Shown one piece after another: positions 10,237 to 20,254 of a DNA stretch of 64,000 nucleotides. The DNA comes from Longimicrobiales bacterium (GTDB taxonomy: Bacteria > Gemmatimonadota > Gemmatimonadetes > Longimicrobiales > Gaopeijiaceae): contig OY730414.1 of the NCBI GenBank assembly GCA_963422615.1, forward strand, positions 186,001 through 250,000, given 5' to 3'. Each line of letters opens with the position of its first letter. Within the stretch, counting starts at the first letter, position 1. A program made the position numbers and the translations under genes. Below the pieces are notes generated by a model, which did no database searches, had not been told where the DNA came from, and saw only the letters and a list, made by a program, of their open reading frames with translations.

Positions 10237-11390
10237 GGGAGGTTCACGCCCAACCGCTTAGCATACTCCCTGAACGTGCCCCCATGCAGCCCTGTCAGGT
10301 TATAGGCTTCCCCGAACCCGATGCGGCCCTCCATCGCCGCGTGCAACACTTGGGTCCCAAAGAGCTCGCCTACGCGCATGTTCTGGTTGTTGTAGAAATC
10401 GCCCCCACCCTTCGCCCTACCCCCTTCTTTCTTTTCGTCTTTTACGTAGCGGTCGTGGAATTCGAAGAAGGTGCTGCGGTCGACGAGATCCAGGTCGAGC
10501 GCTCGGCGGGCAGCAACCACCGGGCTCACCTTGAAGGTCCGGGCGAGGGTTTGGAAAGGACTTGTCCCCTCCTCGACTTCTCGCCAGCAGGCGATCAGCT
10601 CCCGCGCCGGCACGAGGAGCTCCGCCGCCGCTCGGTTGCACCAGCCCTCCACATCCGTTTCGTCCGGCAGGAGGGATTTGAAGCCGGAAAGCCCCTCCTT
10701 GCCAAGCCAGATGTGCGCCAGCTCGTGCGCAAGGGTGAACATCTGCGCCGACTTGGCGTCCGCACCGTTTACAAAGATCAGGGGTGCGTAAGGATCCGCA
10801 AGCGCAAAGCCCCGAAACTCCTCCACCTTCAGTCGGCGACGCGTGTTGTTCCCCACCATTCCGTTGATTACCGCCATCACGCCAAGCCGCTCGATCCTCC
10901 GGCGCATCTCGCTCCCAGCGTCTTGCCAGGTGCGAATCTTTGCCGCCCATCCGTCATCAAAACCGAGGGCCTGCCGCATCTCCCGACCCACGGCGTCCGG
11001 CTCATCACCCAGATGGGCGCTCGCCACGAAAGGGAGCGGTTCCATCCCGCTCTCGACAAAGAACTCTCGCAGCCAATCCTGCCGGCGTTGCATCGTGTAG
11101 AGCGTGTCGAGGAGGTCGGGGCTCGGCTTGGTTCCGGTGATCCCCGGCACGGTCCGATAGTCGGGAACCGAAAGAGGTTCGTCGGGGGGTTCAGGCAGAA
11201 ACAGGTAGCCCAGCGGCGTGTGCGTAACCTTGGCGAATTTCTCCAGCTGCTTCAGCGTCGGCCGTCTCTCCCGCCGGATCCAGGCCGGAAGCTGGGGTGT
11301 CCGATCCGCAAAGTGCGCCACACCGAAGCCGGCGCGTTCGCAGGCCCAGCGAAGCATCTCAGGGGCTACGGAAACACGAGTCACAACCAT
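10233..11390 (-). CDS. XRE-HTH + ImmA/IrrE (peptidase M78) metallopeptidase
   Basis: N-terminal HTH (LRWACERAG...PTLKQLEKFAK), FTLAHELAHIW HExxH, EGWCNRAAAELLVP. Start is ATG 11390 or TTG 11411. Confidence 0.85.
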   Translation of the reverse strand: MVVTRVSVAPEMLRWACERAGFGVAHFADRTPQLPAWIRRERRPTLKQLEKFAKVTHTPLGYLFLPEPPDEPLSVPDYRTVPGITGTKPSPDLLDTLYTMQRRQDWLREFFVESGMEPLPFVASAHLGDEPDAVGREMRQALGFDDGWAAKIRTWQDAGSEMRRRIERLGVMAVINGMVGNNTRRRLKVEEFRGFALADPYAPLIFVNGADAKSAQMFTLAHELAHIWLGKEGLSGFKSLLPDETDVEGWCNRAAAELLVPARELIACWREVEEGTSPFQTLARTFKVSPVVAARRALDLDLVDRSTFFEFHDRYVKDEKKEGGRAKGGGDFYNNQNMRVGELFGTQVLHAAMEGRIGFGEAYNLTGLHGGTFREYAKRLGVNLP

Positions 11391-11487
11391 ACCAGGCTCG
11401 ATTTCCCCCAAGTTGACGGTCTATCATCCTGGGTATACCCCCCGATCGCGATCTCCAGGTCGGCGATCCCCGAACGGGCTACCCAAA

Positions 11488-11562
11488 TGGGCGCTGCTGG
11501 ATTCGAACCAGCGACCTCCTGCTTGTAAGGCAGGCGCTCTGGACCGACTGAGCTAAGCGCCC
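11488..11562 (-). tRNA. tRNA-Val(TAC)
   Basis: Reverse complement reads GGGCGCTTAGCTCAGTCGGTCCAGAGCGCCTGCCTTACAAGCAGGAGGTCGCTGGTTCGAATCCAGCAGCGCCCA: acceptor stem, TAC anticodon, GTTCGAATC T-loop; CCA not encoded. Confidence 0.95.
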
Positions 11563-11636
11563 CAAAAGTCACCAAACAAACCTTACCCCCGGGCGAAGGG
11601 GAATCAAACGCAGCCGAAAAGGGCCGCCCCACCCAT

Positions 11637-11996
11637 TCAGCCCCACCCCGGGCGAAGGGGATCGGGGCCGAACCGATTCTCTCCCCGCGTGCCCGGGGAG
11701 AAGATCAGGCGCAAACCCAGGTAGAGATTGTAGAATGGAACCAGCAGCAGCAACACGTGCCATCCCGGGCGGTCCATGTCCTGGAGGCGCTTTACGGTGA
11801 TCGCGATCGCGGCCCACGTCCCGGCGACCACTACGCCGATCATGGGCAGCACCACCAGCTTACCGACGATCTCCCCCATCGTAATGAGGAAAACTACGCC
11901 CCCGATAATGACCAGTTCGTCCAGAATCACGTGCCAGATGTACCACGCTCGGTTCGCACGACCCCGCGTGGAAAACAACTCTAGAAACGCATCCAT
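11637..11996 (-). CDS. DUF805 family membrane protein
   Basis: FSTRGRANRAWY, VKRLQDMDRPGW and GENRFGPDP motifs. Confidence 0.85.
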   Translation of the reverse strand: MDAFLELFSTRGRANRAWYIWHVILDELVIIGGVVFLITMGEIVGKLVVLPMIGVVVAGTWAAIAITVKRLQDMDRPGWHVLLLLVPFYNLYLGLRLIFSPGTRGENRFGPDPLRPGWG

Positions 11997-12157
11997 CGGC
12001 TTTTTCTCCCTTTGGCCCCCCCGCCCAACCGCCGTACCCTGGAACTCCAGCCAACTCCAGTCCTACCCGCGAGAAGGCTCTTGCCCTTTGACAGGCCCAG
12101 CGCTCAGCTTCCCGACCAAGCAAAACTCGGTTTTCCGCCCACTTTCCAGATACTCCT

Positions 12158-12667
12158 TTGGGAAACGTATTCTTTACCCGCGCTTCCGACAACTGGGCCC
12201 GCCCCGGTGCGCCTCTTCGCATCGCGACCTGGGTCGCTCTTGCCACCACCCTTCTCACGGGTTCCGCCTGCCGATCTGCCGCTCCGGGTGCGGTCCCGAC
12301 GCCCGAAGCCGTTCCCCGCTCTCGGGCCGAGGAGCCCAACACCACCGACGGCGTCTACACGGTGGCCCAGGCGGGGCGGGGGCTCGAGGTCTTCCGCCGA
12401 ATCTGCTCCGAGTGCCACGAGCCCGCGGACTGGACCGATCCTGCGTTCCTGGACCGGTGGGAAGAGGCGTCGGTGTTCCGGCTCTGGTACTGGATCTATG
12501 AAAGGATGCCCCACGGAAATCCGGGCAGCCTGACCCGGGAGCAGGTCTCGGACGCGCTGACCTACATTTTCCAGCTCAACGGCCTTCCGCCCGGAAAGAC
12601 CGAGCTGGGAACGGACGACGACACCATTGACGACTACTGGATCATCTGGACCCGGCCCGACTCCTAA
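12158..12667 (+). CDS. Monoheme c-type cytochrome, probable lipoprotein
   Basis: CSECH heme motif, GVYTVAQAGRG, distal MP(H)GNPGSL; LTGSAC lipobox-like segment. Start uncertain. Confidence 0.75.
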   Translation: MGNVFFTRASDNWARPGAPLRIATWVALATTLLTGSACRSAAPGAVPTPEAVPRSRAEEPNTTDGVYTVAQAGRGLEVFRRICSECHEPADWTDPAFLDRWEEASVFRLWYWIYERMPHGNPGSLTREQVSDALTYIFQLNGLPPGKTELGTDDDTIDDYWIIWTRPDS

Positions 12668-12690
12668 ACGTCCCTTCCCGGGAGGAACCC

Positions 12691-14490
12691 ATGCCCCGAA
12701 TTGCCACCCGTCCCCTGGCCAGGCCTGCAGCTCTGCCCGCCATCCTGGCCGGATTCGTCGCGGTGACACCCGCGCCGGGAGCCGCACTTCCCGCGTCCGC
12801 GGTCGCCCAGGCTGCGAGCTTCGTCTCTCCCGACGGGGACGTGAACTGGAACCGTTACTACACGGCCTCGGAGACCCACCAAATCATGCGAGAGTTTCAC
12901 GCCCTGTACCCGGAGCTCACCGAACTCCGCCAGATCGGGGAGAGCTATCGCGGCCAGCCCCTCTTGTTGATGGAGATCACCAACGAAGCCACCGGCCCGG
13001 CAACGGTGAAGCCGGCGCTATATGTTGACGGGGGCATCCACGCGGGAGAGCTCACGGGTTCCGCCGTGGCCACCCACCTCATCGGGCACCTGCTCAACGG
13101 GTATGGCCGGGACGACCGGGTCACGGCCCTTCTGGACTGGGGAGCCTTCTACGTACGGCCCAAGTTCAATCCCGACGGTTCGGACTTGGCTCTTATTGAA
13201 GACCAGTTCCTGCGCAGCACCCCCCGTCCTGTGGACGAAGACGAAGACGGTGCAGCCGACGAGGATCCACCGGAAGACCTGGACGGAGACGGATGGATCA
13301 CCCAGATGCGCGTGGCGGACGATGAGGGAATGTGGGTTCTGGGACCCCCCGAGGGTCGCACCCTCGTGCGGGATCCGGAGCGCCGGATGCCCGGGCCGCG
13401 TTATTCCGTGATGCGCGAAGGGGTGGACAACGACGGAGACGGCGAGATCAACGAAGACGGCATCGGGGGGATCGACATGAATCGCAACTTCCCGCGGAAC
13501 TGGGAGCGACGCCATCTTCAGCCCGGCGCAGGTGACTACCCGCTCTCGGAACCCGAGACCCGCGCCACCGCCGCCTTCATCAACGCCCACCGCAACATTA
13601 CCGGCCTCGTGCACGGGCACACTTCCGGAGGCTTCGTTTATCGGCTTCCCTCCGCGTCGGCCCCGGCCCGCTTCCCGAAGGTCGATCTTGCCCTCATCAT
13701 CCACCTGGGGGAGGAGTACACCCGCACGACCGGGCGACCCGTGGTGCCCAGCGCCACCCATCCCACGGAGCACCGCTACGGCACGCTGATTTCCTGGGGG
13801 TACTGGGACCACGGCGTGATCGGATGGGTCCCTGAGTTTTCACCGGGACCGGAAGCCTGGGTGACGGATTACGACGGAGACGGTCAGGTGAGCAGCGTTG
13901 AGGAGCACCGCTTCAACGACGAGGAACTGGGAGGCAGGTACTTCTCGGACTGGAGGGCCTTCGATCATCCCCAGCTGGGTACGGTGGAAATCGGAGGATG
14001 GCACTCGAAGTTTTGGGGCCAGAATCCGCCACCCGAGTTTCTGAAGGCGGAAACTGAAATGCAGTTGCCCTGGATCCTCTATTTGGCAGAGCAGAGCCCC
14101 CGGGTCGAAGTGAGCGACCCGGAGGTCACGCCCCGGAGCGACGGCACTTTCCGGATCGAGGTGACCGCCACGAATACCGGCTTCTTGCCGACCAGCATTA
14201 CCGACCGGGGCGCCGTCGGACGGGAGCGACCCGGCAGGATGCCGGACCGGCAGGTGGTTCGGCCTCCTGCCCTGATCCTCTCGCACCCGGGCCTGGAAAT
14301 CGTCGAGGGGAGGGCCCGTACCGGGATCCCGCACCTGGCGGGCTCCAACCCCTTCCTGAAATCCGCGGCGGAACGGGCGCAGACGGTTTCGTGGATCGTT
14401 CGGTCGGGGGACGGCGAAAGCGCCGTGCGCGTGACGGTGACGTCGGACAAGGGCGGAACGGCCCGCTCCGGCTGGGTGGCGGTCCGATGA
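12691..14490 (+). CDS. Secreted M14 zinc carboxypeptidase with DxDxDG Ca-binding-like repeats
   Basis: GGIHAGE, NPDG, DMNRNFP, SEPET, HGHT; acidic DEDEDG/DLDGDG/DNDGDG/DYDGDG repeats; signal peptide. Confidence 0.85.
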   Translation: MPRIATRPLARPAALPAILAGFVAVTPAPGAALPASAVAQAASFVSPDGDVNWNRYYTASETHQIMREFHALYPELTELRQIGESYRGQPLLLMEITNEATGPATVKPALYVDGGIHAGELTGSAVATHLIGHLLNGYGRDDRVTALLDWGAFYVRPKFNPDGSDLALIEDQFLRSTPRPVDEDEDGAADEDPPEDLDGDGWITQMRVADDEGMWVLGPPEGRTLVRDPERRMPGPRYSVMREGVDNDGDGEINEDGIGGIDMNRNFPRNWERRHLQPGAGDYPLSEPETRATAAFINAHRNITGLVHGHTSGGFVYRLPSASAPARFPKVDLALIIHLGEEYTRTTGRPVVPSATHPTEHRYGTLISWGYWDHGVIGWVPEFSPGPEAWVTDYDGDGQVSSVEEHRFNDEELGGRYFSDWRAFDHPQLGTVEIGGWHSKFWGQNPPPEFLKAETEMQLPWILYLAEQSPRVEVSDPEVTPRSDGTFRIEVTATNTGFLPTSITDRGAVGRERPGRMPDRQVVRPPALILSHPGLEIVEGRARTGIPHLAGSNPFLKSAAERAQTVSWIVRSGDGESAVRVTVTSDKGGTARSGWVAVR

Positions 14491-15875
14491 GGGCCCCAAT
14501 CGGGTCAGGGGACAGCGCGACTTCCCCGGGGCGGCATCCGGGAACGAGAATCCGAGGGCAAGCGGGCACCGGCTTCCTGGTTGCCGTGCTCGCGGTACTC
14601 CTCACCCCGGTGCTCCCCGAGCGCCTGGAGGGGCAGGAGGCGCGGCGGCGCTGGGAGCGCATGTGCCAGATCCGCGCCGAGAAGTTCGACCTCGTGCTCC
14701 CCGGAGCCCTCCAAGACAACAACCTCGACATGTGGATCGTGGTCATGCGGGAGGGACTCCTCGACCCTATGTGGGAGGCGTTGGGTCGGGGCTATGTCGG
14801 GGACTGGGCCTACTACGTCTTCACCCGGGGGAGCGGTCGCGCAGAACGCGCGGTGCTGGGCGCCGGCGGCTACATGCTCGAGAAGTGCGGGGTCTACGAC
14901 CACTTCGGGAGCGCGGCCTCTCTGGGCGAATACGTGGCCGCCCGGGACCCGCAGCGGATCGGCGTGAACATGGCCGGCTCCATCGGCGGCGCGGACGGAC
15001 TGTCCCACACGTCCTATCTTCACTTGCAGGAAGTGCTAGGGGCGACGTACGGGGAGCGCTTGGTCTCTGCCGAGCGCTTCGTTTCGGACTTCCGAAGCAC
15101 GCGGACCGCCTCCGAGATCGCGGCGTTTGCCGAGGCAGGCGAGATCAGTCGAGAGATTGCCGAGCGCGCCTTCTCGAACGAAGTGATCCAGCCGGGGGTC
15201 ACCGCCCTGGAGGATGTGGCTTGGTGGATGTGGGACCGGCTCCTCGAGCGAGGCCTGGATTCGTCCTTCGACATGCCTTCGGTGTACATCACCGGCCCGG
15301 AGGGCATCGAGGCCACGTCGTCGGAGCGGATCATTCAGCGCGGCGACCTTCTGATGATTGATTGGGGCGTCGGCTTCCTGGACTTCTACACCGATATGAA
15401 GAGGGTGGCGTACGTCCTGCGAGAAGGGGAAACCAAGGCGCCGGCGGGAATCCGCCATGCCTTCGAACGGGCGGTGCAGGTGCGCGACATCATGAAGGCG
15501 TCGATCAAACCGGCACCCACGGCCCGGGACGCTCTGGACGCCACGTGGGCGGCCATCGAAGCGGCCGGATTCAACCGCATCGGGTTCAACCAGCCTTCCC
15601 CGGACCCCCGCGTTACCGACGTCGTCATCGGCCCCCATTCGGTGGGAAACTGGGGGCATGGCTTCGGTCCTTCCCTCGCCTTCTTCAATCCGACCCGCCA
15701 GGGATACGAACTCCGGCCCGGCACGCTCATCTCCGTCGAACTCTTCGCCTACACCGCCAACCCCGAATGGGGCGGCGCAAAGGTGAGGATCCCCTTGGAA
15801 GACGACGCGGTGGTGACCGAACGGGGGGTGGAGTGGCTGTATCCGGTGAACCGGCGGATCCTCCTCGTCAGGTGA
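14487..15875 (+). CDS. M24 family (Xaa-Pro aminopeptidase-like) peptidase
   Basis: IDWG..YTD, HSVG, SVE and LEDD pita-bread metal ligands; ATGA overlap with the M14 gene. Confidence 0.8.
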   Translation: MRAPIGSGDSATSPGRHPGTRIRGQAGTGFLVAVLAVLLTPVLPERLEGQEARRRWERMCQIRAEKFDLVLPGALQDNNLDMWIVVMREGLLDPMWEALGRGYVGDWAYYVFTRGSGRAERAVLGAGGYMLEKCGVYDHFGSAASLGEYVAARDPQRIGVNMAGSIGGADGLSHTSYLHLQEVLGATYGERLVSAERFVSDFRSTRTASEIAAFAEAGEISREIAERAFSNEVIQPGVTALEDVAWWMWDRLLERGLDSSFDMPSVYITGPEGIEATSSERIIQRGDLLMIDWGVGFLDFYTDMKRVAYVLREGETKAPAGIRHAFERAVQVRDIMKASIKPAPTARDALDATWAAIEAAGFNRIGFNQPSPDPRVTDVVIGPHSVGNWGHGFGPSLAFFNPTRQGYELRPGTLISVELFAYTANPEWGGAKVRIPLEDDAVVTERGVEWLYPVNRRILLVR

Positions 15876-16035
15876 CGGAAAAGCCTCACAGGGTGACAGA
15901 GCGCTCCCTTAAGGATTCTGGCACAATCCCCCACGGCGGACTATTCTTCCTTAGGTCTCCAGGTAACCTACCTCCCCGTTTTCGAAGCGCGGCAGACTTC
16001 ATCCCCCGAGACGGAAACTTCAGCAAGGACCATCC

Positions 16036-18780
16036 ATGACACGGTTTTGGAAACATCCCTTGACGCTTCTCGGACGCGGACCCGGAGGGTGGGCGCGGCG
16101 GGGCGGCGGCGCCCTCCCGTGGCTCCTGGTGGCCCTCACCGTGGCGCCGGGGGCCCTCGCCCAACCCCGCCCGACCCGACCCGACGACGTTTCCCTCTAC
16201 GCCATCCGGAACGCTCGCATCGTCACGGTATCGGGAGAAACCATTGCCCGCGGCACGGTCGTCGTGGACGACGGCGTGATCGTCCAGGTCGGTTCCGGCG
16301 CAACGCCGCCGCCCGGCGCATGGGTGATCGACGGAACGGGCAAGACGGTCTACCCCGGCTTCTTCGACGCATTCACGACCTTGGGCCACGGCTCGGAGCC
16401 GGAAGCACGGGGACGGTTTTTCGGGGGAGGAGGGGGAACGGTTGACGAATCCAAGCACTCCTGGGGCCCGGAAGACCGGCCGGGTACCACGACTTGGCTC
16501 ACGGCAGCCGACGACATCCAGGCCGACGACAATCGCATCGAAAGCTGGCGCAATTCGGGGTTCACCACCGTCGTCAGCACCCGCCACGAAGGGTTGGTCC
16601 CGGGCCAGGCCGCCGTCCTCAACCTCCGGTCCTTCGATCGGCCTCGGGAGATGGTCGTGGCCACCCCTGTCGCGATGCGCATCAACCTTCAGGACAGGTC
16701 GCGCACCTTCACCGGCTATCCGGGCAGTCCGATGGGGGTCTTCGCCTATTTGAAGCAGCTCTACTACGACGCGAAGCACTACGACGACGCGTGGACGGCT
16801 TATGAAGCCGCCCCCAGGGGCAAACAGCGCCCTGAATGGGATCTTTCCCTGGAGCCGGTCCGGTTGCAGTTCGAAGAAGGCTGGCCCGCGCTCTTTCCCG
16901 CCGACAGCCGCTCGGACATCGGCAGGGCCATTGAGACAACCCGCGAAATGGCCGTGCGGCCCATCTTGTATGGGGCACAGGGTGCCTACGCGGCAACGGA
17001 CCTCCTCACGGCGAACAATATTCCCGTGCTGGTGAATGTGGACTGGCCCGCGCTCTCACGGGACGGCGATCCCGAAGCCGTGCCTTCCCTTGAGCAGCTG
17101 CGCCTGTACGACCGGGCTCCGACGACTCCCTCCGCCCTCGCCTCCGCCGGGGTTCGCTTCGCCTTCTACGGGGGCGGGCTCGGGGAGCCATCGGAGGTTT
17201 TCTCTGCCGTACGCCGGGCCATCGCTCAGGGGCTCTCCGAAGAGGATGCCATTCGGGCGTTCACCCTTTCTCCGGCCGAAATCTTCGGGGTAGACGACCG
17301 CTTGGGTTCCGTGGAAGAAGGCAAGATCGCAAACCTGGTCGTCACGGACGGAGATCTCTTCGGCGAAGACATGAACATCGAGAGGGTCTTCGTGGACGGT
17401 GAGATGTTCGAGGTGGCCGAGACGAACGGGAATGCGGAGGCAGGGGACGGCGAAGGAGAGGACTCGATGGAGGGGCGGCGGGGTGCCGGTCGAAGGGGAG
17501 GACCGGATCCCTCGGCGCCACCGATTCCGATGAGTGCCGACAAGGGGCCGTACCGGGATGACCCGGTGACGTTTATCCAAGGTGCGACCGTTCTGACGGC
17601 GTCTCACGGAACCCTGGAGAACACCGACATCATCATGCGGGACGGGAAGATCGAACGAATCGGAAGCGGCCTGGATGCGCCCTCCGGCGCAAGGGTCGTA
17701 GACGCGACCGGCATGTACGTCACTCCCGGCATCTTCGACGCCCACTCCCATATGGCCGCGCTCAGCATCAACGAAGGCACCGTCAACGTTTCGTCAATGG
17801 TAACCATTGAGGACGTGATCCGGCCCGAGGACATCGGCATGTACAGGGCCCTGGCAGGCGGGGTAACCACCATCAACATTCTTCACGGCTCCGCCAACCC
17901 GATCGGCGGGGGTAACGCCGTGATCAAGCTGCGCTGGGGTGCCGATGCCTCGGAACTGCGCGTCGGAGCCGCCAAGGGCATCAAGTTCGCGCTGGGCGAA
18001 AACACCAAGCGAGACCGAAATCCCGACCGTTATCCGGCCACGCGCATGGGGGTCCAGGACGTCATCCGTCAAGCGTTCCTGGACGCCCGGGAGTACATGG
18101 CCGAGTGGGACGCCTACGAAGCAGGGGGGCAAAGGGGCGTGACCCCACGCCGCGACCTGAAGCTGGAAGCCCTCATGGAGATCCTGAAGGGAGACCGATG
18201 GGTTCACTCGCATTCGTACCGGGCCGACGAAATCTTGCAGCTCCTCCGGTTGGCCGAGGAATTCGACTTCAGGATCCGCACGCTTCAGCACGTGCTGGAA
18301 GGCTACAAGGTCGCCGACGAAATCGCGGCCCACGGGGCGGGGGCGTCTACCTTCTCCGACTGGTGGGCCTACAAGGTTGAAGCGTACGACGCGATCCCTC
18401 ACAACGCCGCGCTCATGACGGAACGGGGCGTTCTCGTGTCCATCAACTCCGACTCGGGCGAGGAAATCCGCCACCTCAACCAGGAGGCCGCCAAGGCGAT
18501 GAAGTGGGGCGGCATGAGCGAGGAACAGGCGTTGCGTCTGGTGACCCTCAACCCAGCCATTCAGTTTGGACTTGACCATCGCATCGGGTCCGTTGACGAA
18601 GGTTTGGACGCCGATTTGGTGATCTGGGAGGGACACCCCCTCAGCATGTTCGGTAAGGCGGTCAAAACCTACGTGGACGGCAAACTATACTTCGACATCG
18701 ACATGGATCGGGAGCGCCAGGCAGCCATTGAGGCCGAAAAGAAGGCGCTCTTGGAGAAGCACCGGGAGGTGAACCGATGA
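16036..18780 (+). CDS. Secreted tandem two-domain amidohydrolase
   Basis: Two repeats of the IDxTGxxVxPG ... GSxxxGxxAxLV fold; the second has DAHSH, HSY, QH and NSD. Confidence 0.85.
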   Translation: MTRFWKHPLTLLGRGPGGWARRGGGALPWLLVALTVAPGALAQPRPTRPDDVSLYAIRNARIVTVSGETIARGTVVVDDGVIVQVGSGATPPPGAWVIDGTGKTVYPGFFDAFTTLGHGSEPEARGRFFGGGGGTVDESKHSWGPEDRPGTTTWLTAADDIQADDNRIESWRNSGFTTVVSTRHEGLVPGQAAVLNLRSFDRPREMVVATPVAMRINLQDRSRTFTGYPGSPMGVFAYLKQLYYDAKHYDDAWTAYEAAPRGKQRPEWDLSLEPVRLQFEEGWPALFPADSRSDIGRAIETTREMAVRPILYGAQGAYAATDLLTANNIPVLVNVDWPALSRDGDPEAVPSLEQLRLYDRAPTTPSALASAGVRFAFYGGGLGEPSEVFSAVRRAIAQGLSEEDAIRAFTLSPAEIFGVDDRLGSVEEGKIANLVVTDGDLFGEDMNIERVFVDGEMFEVAETNGNAEAGDGEGEDSMEGRRGAGRRGGPDPSAPPIPMSADKGPYRDDPVTFIQGATVLTASHGTLENTDIIMRDGKIERIGSGLDAPSGARVVDATGMYVTPGIFDAHSHMAALSINEGTVNVSSMVTIEDVIRPEDIGMYRALAGGVTTINILHGSANPIGGGNAVIKLRWGADASELRVGAAKGIKFALGENTKRDRNPDRYPATRMGVQDVIRQAFLDAREYMAEWDAYEAGGQRGVTPRRDLKLEALMEILKGDRWVHSHSYRADEILQLLRLAEEFDFRIRTLQHVLEGYKVADEIAAHGAGASTFSDWWAYKVEAYDAIPHNAALMTERGVLVSINSDSGEEIRHLNQEAAKAMKWGGMSEEQALRLVTLNPAIQFGLDHRIGSVDEGLDADLVIWEGHPLSMFGKAVKTYVDGKLYFDIDMDRERQAAIEAEKKALLEKHREVNR

Positions 18781-20078
18781 TCCGCACCCTTCGAGGCGCT
18801 CTGTGCGCCGCCACCGCTCTCGCGCTGGTCGCGGGCTCGGCTTCGGCCCAGACGTACGCAATTCAGAACGGAACCGTACACACCTTGGCAGGAGACACGT
18901 TCACGGGCACAGTGGTCATCCGGGGCGGCCGTATCCTCTCCGTCGGGAGGGATGTGGAGATTCCGGTTGACGCCGAAGTCGTGGACGCCACCGGCAAGCA
19001 TGTCTACCCAGGAATGTTCGACGCGGTTTCGGGCTTGGGGCTGACCGAGATCGGCGCGGTGGACGTCACCAACGACTCCAGGGAGCAGGGCGACTTCAAC
19101 CCGCACCTGCAAGCCGCGACCGCCATCCACCCAGCAACCGAGCATATCCCGGTCGCCCGGTCCAACGGGATCGCCCTCACGATGGCGGCCCCTCAGGGCG
19201 GGAACGGTTCCATCGCGGGACAGGCATCGCTGATCGGACTGGATGGCTGGACGGTCGAAGAGATGTGGATCGATCCTGGCGCGGCCATGGTCATCCACTA
19301 CCCCAGCCTGGGAGGCGGAGGCGGGTTCGGCGGAAGGGGCCGGGGGGGAGGAGAGGACAACTGGCGGCAACGACAGCAGAGGTACGCAGAGGCGGTCTCC
19401 CGCCTTGACCAATGGATGGATGCTGCCAGGCGGTACCAACAGGCGGCCACCGCAACCGAGGTGAAGCGGGACCTCAAGAACGAGGCGATGGGGAAGGTGG
19501 TGAACCGGGAGATGCCGGTACTCCTTTTTGCCAATGGTGAACGTGACATTCGCAATGCCGTCGAGTGGGCCCAGCGTCAGGAGGTCGCGTTCGTGATCGC
19601 CGGAGGCCGGGGAGCGTGGAAGATTGCCGACTGGCTGGCCGAAAACGAGGTCGGGCTCATCCTCTCTCCTACCCAGTCCATGCCCTCGGGCCCGGATGCC
19701 CAGTACGACGAGGCCTACGCCAACCCCGGCAAGCTGCACGCGGCGGGTGTCAAGATCGCCTTTGCTACCTTCAACTCCTCCGCCTCCCGTACGCTTCCTT
19801 ACGAGGCGGCTCAGGCGGTGCCGTACGGCCTACCCCACGACGCAGCCCTGGCGGCGGTGACGAAGAACGCCGCCGAGCTCCTCGGCCTGGACGACCGGAT
19901 CGGTACCATCGAGGAGGGCAAGCTCGCCAACATCATGATCACCGACGGCGACCCGCTGGAGATACAAACCCAAGTCACCGATCTCTTCATCTTGGGACGC
20001 GGGGTAAGCCTTGACAACCGGCACAAATCCCTTTACGAAAAGTACCGGGCAAGACCCGGCCAGCGCGTGATCTCGTAG
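18777..20078 (+). CDS. Secreted amidohydrolase-family protein (metal ligands degenerate)
   Basis: DATGKHVYPGMFDA, RIGTIEEGKLANIM, GDPL; signal peptide; ATGA overlap. Confidence 0.8.
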   Translation: MIRTLRGALCAATALALVAGSASAQTYAIQNGTVHTLAGDTFTGTVVIRGGRILSVGRDVEIPVDAEVVDATGKHVYPGMFDAVSGLGLTEIGAVDVTNDSREQGDFNPHLQAATAIHPATEHIPVARSNGIALTMAAPQGGNGSIAGQASLIGLDGWTVEEMWIDPGAAMVIHYPSLGGGGGFGGRGRGGGEDNWRQRQQRYAEAVSRLDQWMDAARRYQQAATATEVKRDLKNEAMGKVVNREMPVLLFANGERDIRNAVEWAQRQEVAFVIAGGRGAWKIADWLAENEVGLILSPTQSMPSGPDAQYDEAYANPGKLHAAGVKIAFATFNSSASRTLPYEAAQAVPYGLPHDAALAAVTKNAAELLGLDDRIGTIEEGKLANIMITDGDPLEIQTQVTDLFILGRGVSLDNRHKSLYEKYRARPGQRVIS

Positions 20079-20254
20079 AAGAAACCCGGGCCGACGCGGG
20101 CTTCCCCGTTGGGGCGGTTCGTCTGTTCCCCGGGTCCTGTCCCGGTGCAGTTGCTTTTGTGGCGGCCGTACTGGCTGAACGCCACACCGGGCTGTCTGCG
20201 GGGACTCGGGGGAGGAGGGCCCACTTGAGGCCGACGGATAAGTGACGCGCCCTT

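Noticed and set aside
9635..11488. Prophage or integrative element at tRNA-Val
   Set aside because: No integrase, and no duplicated tRNA 3' end was found by eye.
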